Below are positions 11,191 through 21,480 of a stretch of 64,000 nucleotides of DNA, in pieces. A program made the translations under genes and the position numbers. The notes beneath the pieces are model-generated. The model searched no databases, was not told where the DNA came from, and saw nothing but the letters and a program-made list of their open reading frames with translations. Source of the DNA: Azolla caroliniana (lineage: Eukaryota; Plantae; Polypodiophyta); assembly GCA_043228905.1 (NCBI GenBank), contig JBHGNT010000004.1, positions 6,076,001 to 6,140,000 on the forward strand, written 5' to 3'. Each line of letters opens with the position of its first letter. The first letter of the stretch is position 1.

Positions 11191-13408
11191 TGCGAGGGTA
11201 GCTACCCGGAAAGCTACCAAGGACACCCAAGCGGAGAACGGTCTGCCGAGCCGGAAAGGCCACACCCAAAGGCAAATCGGAGGGCGTGAGTGTGGCCATC
11301 GAGGGCCAAAGTAAAGCATGGGTACGGGATGGTGTTCGGCACAGACAATGCCGAACAAGGAAGGTGGAAGGCGGCACACGGTTGTGCCGGGCCGGAAACT
11401 AGGCACGAAGATGGATTGCACGGTTTGGTGGTCTCACGAAGAACGTCGGAGAGGGATTCCCACACCGGTTCCGAAGACTTCGGCAGTTCGACCGCCAAGG
11501 CAACGTAAGACCGAGGAGAAGGAAGGTGGCTGCGAGGGGACGAAAGCGATGAACAACGACACTGAATGGGCAATCAGGACGACGGGAAGATCGACGAAGG
11601 CTGAGCTGGCCACTACGGGTGTCCCGCGGATGGAGGACACCGAGCATACGGGGGGACGCGGAGCGTGCATACGGTCGAACAAAGGGCCAACAGAGAAGCA
11701 CGCGCGAGAGAGGAGATCGTAGCGAACGATCTATCGACAGGTTGAATGAGCCTACGAAGAGGCAAGTGCGTAGACAGAACCGGAGCAGACAGTTCAAGAC
11801 CGGTAGAGGCCAACACGGCAGCCGGAATGAGGATTACGAAAGACCGGTTACTCACTACAGCCGGAATCTCTCACACTTCTTCAGATTTGGCACGTACCGG
11901 TGGACGTGCGGTTTGGTGGGGGCGGATGTCATGGAGATTCACGACCATAGTGAGAAAACCGGAGAAGTTAGTGGCATCGACGAAGTGCATCATGTGCACT
12001 TACCCTTGTATAAAACGTGTGAATAATAGGGGTGCCTTTATGGCGGCAAATAGGAGTTAAGTAGGGGATCCCACGTAATAAGGGATATATTATCCCACAT
12101 TGTTATGCCACTCCCGCCTTGTGCTATAAAAGGAAGGGAGGGTCTCTTGTGAAGGGGTTGCCCATTTTTGAGTTAGGAGGGTATACCATTAGGTCCAAGG
12201 TATGATAATCTTTCTTCTTCTTACTTTCTTGTTTCTATTTGGGTTTTTTTTGAGGTCTTCTTCTTCTTCGTCATCGTGTAGGTTGAGAGTTCGTGTCTGT
12301 TTAGGATTTAGTTCGGTTAGGAGCTTGTATGTCCTAAGGGGTTTCACTTCTGCTCTGTCTCTTGTGCAAGACCCCGCTCGGCGCGACGAGCCCGAGTGTT
12401 ACGGGCATGACCATATAATATCCTGTGGTGAGAATTTACCGTAGTATTCTATACACGTGGATAAGTGTGAGGGTTAAACGAGAGTGTAAAGAAGGGGAGG
12501 ATTACTTTTAATCCTCAGGATTGAGACAACCCATTAGGCCAAGTGTGAACAACTATTAGAGATATGTACTAATGTAAGCAAAGGATAAGGATAAACGATA
12601 GATCTAGATAGAGAGGAAAGAGAGGAAAGAGAGAAAGAAGGGTGTCGATCCACCCGACCACCCCCGAGCGAAGGGATCGAGACAGACTCGAGCCTCGATC
12701 GGCATCCCATACCACCGTCGTGGCGTTGAGTCGTACCTAGTGTTGGCACGCTCGCTACAAGAGTTGACTCACCACAAGAACAAAGTCTCGACGTAGTCAA
12801 AAGATGATGAAATGAGGGTAGCTAGGCCTCTTATTTATAGTGATACCCAAGGCCCCCAGACAAGTTCACACTTGGCCTAATGGGTTGTCTCAATCCCGAG
12901 GATTAAAAGTAATCATCCCCTTCTTTACACTCTCGTTTAACCCTCACACTTATCCACGTGTATAGAATACTACGGTAAATTCTCACAACGGGATATTATA
13001 TGGTCATGTCCGTAACACCGAGAGCTCCCCGATCGGCGGCTTGGCAGCAGATTATTGTTTTAACCTAACCTACCTTAGTCCGGCTCGAAGCCAGAGTTGT
13101 ATTTTGCTCTTGTAATTATATATATATATAAGGTTGTGCATATCTATGTCTTTGTTGGTGTTGGGTATGTTTTCGTCTTTCCGTTTCTGTACATAAGTGG
13201 TGTGTGTTGAGTCGGTGTTGCGTGTACGCTCTCTCTCTCCCTCTCTCCTGTTCGGTAGCCTCCGATACGTGTTTGGAATCACTCGGTTTGTGTGATAGCC
13301 GGTGCAGACGGTTCCAGTGAGAGTCGATCTCCCAGCATCCATCTATTCTTGGTCCGTGACCCCGGTGGTCCTGCCCGATCCGACACGTGCACGCGGAATA
13401 CTGCGACA
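11191..13408 (+). mobile_element. Gypsy-type LTR remnant (solo or truncated LTR) inserted in the tRNA array
   Basis: GC-rich block interrupting the AT-rich array; TATA GCTATAAAAGG near 12123; ends GCGACA; 3' end resembles LTR 3090-3775 (CCCCGnTGGTCC...CACGCG). No TSD found and the left boundary is approximate. Confidence 0.65.
12397..13017 (-). mobile_element. 621-bp non-autonomous element with 154-bp terminal inverted repeats, TGTTACGG...CCGTAACA ends and 5-bp TSD CCGAG
   Basis: 12397-12550 is the reverse complement of 12864-13017 (5 mismatches by eye); CCGAG at 12392-12396 and 13018-13022; internal minus-strand CTATAAATAAGAGG. Confidence 0.9.
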
Positions 13409-13493
13409 ACGTAAATGTTAAGAATAGGGTTGGTCGATCCGGTCGACGAACTTTTCCTAATAAGAAGGGAAAAACACCTAACATTCTTGAGGA

Positions 13494-13575
13494 TGGGGTG
13501 AGAGGCTCGAACTCTCGACCTCAGAATATCTCGAAGCTATGAGACCTACACGATAGCCAACTGCGCCGCCACCCC
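13494..13575 (-). pseudogene. tRNA-Met(CAU) copy E, intron-containing, 2-nt deletion near the 3' end
   Basis: GGGGTGGCGGCGCAGTTGGCTATCGTGTAGGTCTCATA-gcttcgagat-ATTCTGAGGTCGAGAGTTCGAGCCTCTCACCCCA; flanks match copy C. Confidence 0.8.
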
Positions 13576-13711
13576 ATTGATGAGAATAATTTCTACTATA
13601 ATTAAATGTTTTGATTTATTCCTGGTTTTGTTAAGTAGGATAGAAGTGTATGAAACTATTTTCAAAAGAAATTCTACTACCATGTGAATGGTTTGATTTG
13701 TTCATCACAAC

Positions 13712-15154
13712 AATGCAACAAGACCTACGTGCAATATAAGCAAGACACAAAGTTGTTTCAGAAGAAGGTCGAAGGAATAAGCATCTCTTTCCAAGTCGCG
13801 AAAGCCAAGCTCGAACTCGACACCGCCACTGCCAAAATGAAATGGACACACTCTATGTCAAATACCACATGGGTGACTAACGAGTCAAGGTCTTAATTGC
13901 CAAACACCGTAAGCGGTTGAACCAGAAGGTCGAAGAGGCATTGGCTCGGGGATGGAACGAATGGTTGGCACAAGCGATCGAATTACAAATATTCCGAGCA
14001 GATGCCAAGAATCGAAAAAAGGAGGGCCGCGACTTCTTCAAGATGTATGAGAATGGCATTCAAGTGCTTTGAGAGGACCTCACCGAAGAGTTCCAAGCCC
14101 TTGCACAGACACACACCATGGTGATTAGGAACCTCCTTGAGGAATTCACCGACGATCAAGTCCTCCTCGCCATTGAAATGGACGACTTCGAGCGAAAGCG
14201 CCTCCAAGAGGAAGAGCAAGAGAAAGAACTAGAACAAGCGCAGGGAAGAGAGACGAAGCAAGAGCAGGAGAAAGAGCCGGAAAAAGAGAAGGAACCCAAG
14301 GAGGAGGATATTCGGCAAACAAAGGAGGCACCATAAAAGGAAGAGCAAGTCGTGCCTCCAGAACCAAATCACAGGGCCGATCTCTCGAGCGAAGTCATCG
14401 GCAAACCGGATGATTTGGTGCATGCGGAAGACATTTTGCCGATTTTTGGAGGAAGACTAGTGTATACTATAAATGTTTTTCGATATTTTCGATATTTTTT
14501 CGGACTTTCGATTTTTGCCAATTTTCAGGGTTTGACGTCTGTCCCACGGGCATGCCAGGTGTTACTCGGTGGGACAGAGGGGACCAATGTGAAAGGATCG
14601 CATATGACAAGTATGAAAAGGATGTGGGGACGAATGTGAAAGGACCAAAAGAAGCCGAATACAAACAGTTGAAGACAAAAGCCGAATATCAAGGAGGGAG
14701 CAATTGGAAAAGCATTGAGTCAAGGGAAGGCTATATAAACAAGGAAGTGGCAAACACAAAAGGGATTAGAATCATAGGAGAGACCAGAGAGATCATAGAC
14801 TAGAGGAGAGATTAGAACTCCAAGAGCACTAAGCTTAGACTAGAAAACGGGTGAGTGAGGGTTGTACCGATTCTTTTGAGTATTTGTATCGATATTGTAT
14901 CGCATTCTATTATAATCGAATATCTATATATTTGTGGGCAAGCATTGTTATGTCTCCATTGATCTATTTTATCTAATTATGTTCGGTCTGTGTAATTCAT
15001 ATTGTGAATTAGTGATAGCCGATCCTGTAGAGTGTAATTCCTCTTATTGGGAATGATCTGATTTGTCCCGGGGCACAAGTCTCTATGCACCACGATTCCT
15101 TGACCCGGTTACTCTAGAGGAGTAATCGAAGGTGTTCTCCAGGACAGAGTAACA
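13712..15154. mobile_element. LTR element family X copy 2: decayed 3' part of the accessory ORF (to 14460), PBS-like motif (14539-14557) and LTR 14560-15154
   Basis: Translation FRADAKNRKKEGRDFFKM...LLEEFTDD aligns with LRADAENRRKEGRGFYKM...LLEEFNDD of copy 1; LTR termini TGTTACTC...GAGTAACA. Confidence 0.82.
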
Positions 15155-15559
15155 AATATAATATTTATTAGAAATGATAAAAATAAATAAATAAAATTCA
15201 TTGAAATATTAAAATAATAATAATAAATAATAATATTGATCTAAATATAATAATGCTTATAATGATAATAAGATCTCTCTCCCTCATGAGCCATCGATAA
15301 ATACCTATTTACCCAAATCTAAACATATTTGCATTCACATAATCACATAATCACAAATGCGTAAATACTTGTAATATGTTATTCTTGGAAAACATCGATA
15401 TTTTGAATCACTAGACTTAGAAGACTCGAAACAACCATCCTCTCTAGTTCAACTTCGCAACAAACATGGAGAGCATAGTCAATGTGATCAAGGGCAGAGC
15501 ATTGTATCAAAGTGTGATTATAAGACTATTGAACTTGTTTAAAGCAAAGTGTGCACAAT

Positions 15560-16010
15560 TGACTGCCATCTTCACTAAATAACTTTGATCATGGATTGTG
15601 GCAATCTTAAAAGATAGTTTCACATTATAAATTGCCACTTGTAGCAAAGGTTTTCATTTAGAGAATTTTGATTGGGGGTTTGCCTTTGGGATTAACCTTA
15701 AAGTGATGTGGACGTGTAAACAAGCTATTGTTTCTTTTGCACCGTTCAAGTGGAAGACAATACTTATCGCTTCATACAATGTTGGATTGCTTGTCAGATT
15801 TGGAGTTACTTTTCTCAAATTTGTCACAATGTTATTTGATACCAAGGTAGTGGGTGTTGTTTGCAAAGTTTACACAAGTTGACCCAAAATCAGAGAGGGA
15901 CATCATTTTCCTATTTTTGGGAATTGAGGATTACATAATAATTGGGGATATGCGTAATGCTTTTGTATTTGATGGAAGGCATGGAGTCAGAAAGCATATC
16001 TACGAGATTT
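15560..16010 (+). mobile_element. Degenerate L1-type LINE 3' fragment
   Basis: Broken translation KVFI*RILIGGLPLG...CFFCTVQVED...C and DMRNAFVF, typical of the zf-RVT/CCHC region of plant L1 ORF2. Confidence 0.55.
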
Positions 16011-16179
16011 GAAGGCGGGAGTACTAATGTAGCCCATTTGCTTTACTGGACTAAGTAATAATTGTGGCATCGAAGGAGTGTTTGTTCTGCCTACTGGCAA
16101 ATTCAAAATGATCCACTATCTATGTAGCTGTAAGCAATGTTGTGTTCACACACATTTCATGGTATAATTGTGTGGTTTT

Positions 16180-16182
<3 letters not shown>

Positions 16183-16256
<74 letters not shown>
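16183..16256. repeat. (GA)n microsatellite
   Basis: Pure GA run. Confidence 0.95.
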
Positions 16257-16259
<3 letters not shown>

Positions 16260-16809
16260 GGCATTGAGTGAAAGCATATCTACGAAAGTTGAAGGGAGTA
16301 CTAATGTGGCAATTTTCTTTATTGGAGCAAGTGGAGATTCTTTCCTCGGTGGAGTGTTCGTCTTGCCTATTGGCAATTCAACATGTTCCACTACCCATGT
16401 AATGTAGTTAGTGGGTGACCATACTTCATTGTCACACCCATTGTAAGTAGTGTTTTTTACACACATGTATTAATATAATTGTGTGTTTTCACCAAACACA
16501 GAGAGAGAGAGAGAGAGAGGAGGAGGCGGGGATCTAAATGTGTCCGAGATGGGCGGGCGGGCGAACGGGCGGGCGGGCAGAGACGTACCCAGAAAAGCTT
16601 TTGAAACCCGATTGAGCCGACAAAGAGATCATCATCTCTTGGGAGGTTCTTGGTTCGAATCTCATGTCTTTCCAAACTGAAACAAATTATGTAAATTGTA
16701 ATACAAAGCAACCCAAAAAACCTCTCTCTTCTTCACCTCTGTTCCCCCTCCTCTCACTCTGTTGCAAAGACACAGACAGACAGACAGACAGACAGACAGA
16801 GAGAGAAGA

Positions 16810-19543
16810 ATGGCGTCGTCAGATCATCCAACACTAACACTAACACCACCTCCACAACCATCATCACATCATCTTCACCAACGCAGCACTCCACAGCAGC
16901 CCGTCACGACGCAGGTCAATATCTCCTTCGAAGAAGTGGCTAATCTCTTCCCCTTCCCCATCGCTGAGGCAGCAGCTACCCTTGGTATGTCCATATTATG
17001 CGTATATATTCTATGTTTGCATATGTGTATATGCATGTATGTATGTCAATTTATGTGTGCATCTATGTGTTTTTAAGTCTATGGCTGTATACGTTTAATC
17101 TCTGTTTGTATGTGTTTGTGCGTATATACACATATGTATGTGTGTGTGTGTGTTAGTTTGTTCAATTCTCTCTCTATTAACTTGTTATTCTTTCATAAAT
17201 ATTTCCTTTTCATTCACTGTAGGTGTGAGCACAAATGAGTTGAAGCGTATATGCAGAGAAAACGGGCTAAATAGATGGCCTTACAGAAAGGTACATGTTT
17301 TCTGATACCTAGATCCCATAGCCGTTTTACAAGTATCTTCCCTGAAATATGAAAGAGAATATGTAGCCACAGCATTTGAAGAACTGAAGAGTACTACATA
17401 AATTCCGTCCCTTAAATGGTTTGTTGCAATATGTGGAAATTTTTAATTTTGTATACCATTTCGTATGAATGGACTTTTTTATGATTTGAATTAATTGATG
17501 GTTGTGGAAAGAAATTTTGGAAGAAATTTTGGAAATAAGTATTTGACATGGGATTGTACTGTGTACTTCCTGTGAAAGACTCCATGGTACGTGTTTGTTG
17601 TTGGTTCCCAAATGTCTAACAGGAGTTCTTTTATCATAGATTCTCCATTGGATACTACTCTTGCATTTCTTACGTTGGTGAATAGGTTCAGGTATTTGGA
17701 GATATCCTTCAAATTATGTGTGCATACTTCAGATGAATCATAAATCTGTTTCTCAGCAACGTAGGCATGTTTTTTTATATTTTCCCTAGATATTTGGCTT
17801 ATGTATACTTTTTTCATCGTTAGAGTGATGTAGGTAATGACACTGGCAGTTATGAAGGGTATTGTTGGTGTAGTTTCAATTATGAAAGGAATTTGTCTTA
17901 TGGCAATTCGATTTGTATCATTTGACATGACTATTTAGAGATTTCAGTATTGGACATCACAAGTCTGTAACTAGTTTGGTATGAATGCTGCTCTCCCAAA
18001 TCTTTAAAGGTATTTGCGAATGGGGTTGGTTATTGTTTATGTTTGCTCATTTGGTGTGAAGATACTTGTTTGTTTTTAGTATTCTTATAAGCCCTCTTTT
18101 GCAAACAAAGATTGTAGCTGGAAAGACTGTAGAAGATGTAAAGAAAGAAGCTGCAAGAGAGATTGCTCTATCAGAAAGAATGGCACGAACTCAACAATCA
18201 AAAACAACTTCAAATGGATTGCGTGCTGACAGACCTGGATCATATAGCTTGTAAGTAAAGCTATTATGAAATTTTTATTTTCTTTCCACCTTTATTAATA
18301 TCCTTAAATTGTATGCATATTAAAGTTCCTAGGTCACAACTTTAAGGGTATCTACTCATTGCATATAGAGAATTCTATCAAACCATTACATTAAAGAGTA
18401 ATTCCGCTGTAATATGTTTACTCAATAGATGGCACCTCAATAGCTTTGGTGTAAGCTTTGATGGTTATCATCTGAGGCTGAAAGCCTACAAAGTGCTTAT
18501 TTAGGAAGGAAATTTATAGGTCTTATGAAGTAGATGGCAATGAAATTTTTATTTTCTTTCCACCTTTTTTAATATCCTTAAATTGTATGCATATTAAAAG
18601 TTCCTAGATCACAACATTAAGGGTATGTAATCATTGCATACAGAGAATTCTATCAAACTATTGCATTAAAGAGTAATTCTACTGTAATATGTTTACTCGA
18701 TGGATGGCACCTCAATTGAGTTGGTATAATCTTTGATGGTTATTGTTTGAGGCTGAAGGCCTACAAAAAGCTTATTTAGGAAGGAAATTTACATGTCTTA
18801 TGAAATAGATGGCAAGGGAGACACTCACTTTCTAACATATTTCTATATAGACATGCACCACAACTATTGTGTAGACTTTTTGAACTCTGATGTCCATGGT
18901 GATGGGTTGTATTATTGTTAGATTTTGATTTGTGCAATGAAGTAGCTAAGAAATAAATTTTCATAAATGTAGAGGAACAATTGGCACCACAGAAAGGGAT
19001 CCACAACAACCAATGGGTCGCCCAAATGGCTTCTATGCACATGCTTCTTCCTTGAAACCACTCCATCTCGATCAACGGCCACAATTGAATAGCCACTTCC
19101 ACATGCGAGTAAACATTCCGACATACCTCGACGACTTTCGTCATGGATTTCCAAGCAAAGGTTTATCATCTCTATCAAATAAATGGTGGGGTAGTAGTCT
19201 ACCAGAGGAGATAGTAACAGATAAGGTTCAAGAAGACATAAAGATGGACACTCCTAGTGATGATATAGCGAAAGAACCTGAAGCTGACCAAGAGAATAGA
19301 AGTTGTGGGACAGAAACTTGTAAGGAGATAAAAAGAGATGAGAATGCTGAACAAGATTTGACATTGGTGGGTAAGCTTATTAGAAGTAGAAAGAATAGTG
19401 CTGCCAGTGGAAAGAAAACTTTGGGCCTAGCAGTGACAAGAGGATATAGAGCTCATCGCATTACAGATAAAGATGAAGCTCTTCTTCGGGCCATTTTTAC
19501 TGAAGCTTTTCCTACTATGTGGAGAGCATCCATGCCAAATTAG
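16810..19543 (+). CDS. RWP-RK domain transcription factor (RKD-type, no PB1); exons 16810-16984, 17223-17290, 18111-18250, 18973-19543
   Basis: Spliced protein reads ISFEEVANLFPFPIAEAAATLGVSTNELKRICRENGLNRWPYRKIV; GT-AG sites keep frame; C-terminal DDFRHGFPSKGLSSLSNKWWG block. Confidence 0.88.
18266..18814. repeat. Tandem duplication (~274 bp x2) in intron 3 of the RWP-RK gene
   Basis: ATGAAATTTTTATTTTCTTTCCACC...ATGAA(G/A)TAGATGGCA occurs at ~18266 and ~18540. Confidence 0.85.
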
Positions 19544-21317
19544 CTTTTGGAATAATGCTTGTTTTGTGGAGTATATTTCCATATTTTCATGCCTGAATGA
19601 TTGAAGTGTGACAAAAAGGAAGAAAATGAGCACCAAGGCATATAAAAAGTCATGGTTGTAAATTCTCTTTATTTGTTCGATATCAGTTGTGATGCTCGTG
19701 ATAATGTAGCGCACATTGTTATGATGATACTTATTGCATTATCCATCAATGAATCTGAAAGTCCTTGTTTTATCCAATCACGTATTTTCATTTAATTTCG
19801 TGGTATTGGTTTTGTAGGAACCCCCATAGGCTTGACAACGACTATTCATCTTGTATTAAGAGTTTCTCGTTTGATTGTGCTAATGAAAAGAAAACAAAAT
19901 TAAGGTCTCTAGATCCTTAAGAACAATAATTAGTAAAGGTCAAAAGGCTTTTTAGACCATTGATATCTTGTCTAATACTTCACCATGGAAGGTGATGGTT
20001 AGACCATGGTTGTTGAGAATGACAACTTTATCATTTGTGACGTTTTCTTCTTGTGGTCCCATGATCTAGTAGTGCATTTAGTGTAAGACTTTAAGGAAAA
20101 AGACCATTGTTATGAGTAATCATGTTTTCTTCTAGTGGTCCCATGATCTAGTAGTGCCTTTAGCGTAAGTTTTATTAAAAAAACCATTGTTATGAGCATA
20201 GTATGAACCGTATGTGCATTTGTATTATGAGTATGGTAAACACCCTTGAAGTATGGTATTTGGTAAAACTTTCTTTAAGGTGAAAATGTGAAAAAGAATT
20301 AAAATTGTCAAAGAAAAAAAACATATGTTTTCATAACATACGCATTCACTTGCAATCATATGAAAATGAATCTTTGAGCAAAAGAATGCGAATATTATGT
20401 TCTATAGTTATGAGTTATCACGTTTTCTTCTTGGGTCCCATGATTTAGTAGTGTCTTTAGTGTAAGAGTTTTGTTAAAAAAAACAATCATTATGAGTTGG
20501 TGTTTCGCTGTAAAGAGTATTTGTCATCCACATCAAAATGAACAGCCTCATACCAAGACAAGAAACCTATACCCACAAGAAAGTATATTTGTACAACAAT
20601 TTTATCATCTATGGAATGCATGGATAGATATTGACAAGAAAGGGAAATCTTTAAACAAGCTTGTCATCATGTTGTCTTAGTAGAAAAATGTGTGTGTGGA
20701 GAAAAAGTAGATTTTTAAAATAGAAGATAAATGTGCATGAATGTGCATGAGAAAGATAAAGATAGATAAGTGTAGAAGTTATCATGGAAATGATCTGCCA
20801 ATAGGGAAGTATACAGAAGTAATCATGGATAGGATGTATGAGAAGTTAAAGGGTAGTGACGATGTTCGAAATCGAAGAGTGATAGATTAGAAACTCCAAA
20901 ATGTGTAAAGCCGGGGTCGAAGTAGATTTGCGATGTTGTCAGATGAGCCAGAGGGAGAGAGAGTCTAAAAAAAAAATGAAATTGACCAAATCGAGATGTA
21001 TCTATACACAACCATCCTGGAAGTTTACAAGTTAGTGTCCCATAATATGCAAAATCTACATTTCTTCAAAGAATTAGCATGAGGAGCGACAAAACTTTTA
21101 CCAATTTGAGACATCAATTCTGGAAGTGATTCCCAAAAGAACGAGTTACTGCAATCAACAATCACCCAAACTAGAAATTGTCATTTTAATAAAAATCTTG
21201 AATAGTCCACCACCGAAACCCATTCCATCACATGCACTAAATCTTCTATAAAAAAGGATTGGTACCTTTGCCATCAAAGCAATACGATATTCTAACGATC
21301 GGAAAACCACATCATAG

Positions 21318-21480
21318 AAACCTCTTGGACCCACACATATATACATACACATCCTCAACACAATCATAAAAACCTCTTGGACCCACACATACATACATAC
21401 ATACACATCCTCAACACAATCACAGAAACCTCTTGGAGACCCACACATACATATATGTACATACACATCCTCAACACAAT
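21318..21480. repeat. ~55-bp minisatellite x3
   Basis: AAACCTCTTGGACCCACACATA...ACATCCTCAACACAAT repeated three times. Confidence 0.8.

Larger units (their letters stand above)
10040..13711 (-). repeat. Degenerate tandem array of tRNA-Met units with ~100-bp AT-rich spacer subrepeats
   Basis: Recurrent spacer blocks AAGTGTATGAAACTATTTT...CTACCATGTGAA...GTTCATCACA and GAAGACGTAGTTTAATG near 10270, 10800, 10905 and 13640. Confidence 0.8.

Noticed and set aside
11158-12060. Many overlapping 70-135 aa ORFs
   Set aside because: GC-rich LTR sequence with few stop codons; no protein motifs.
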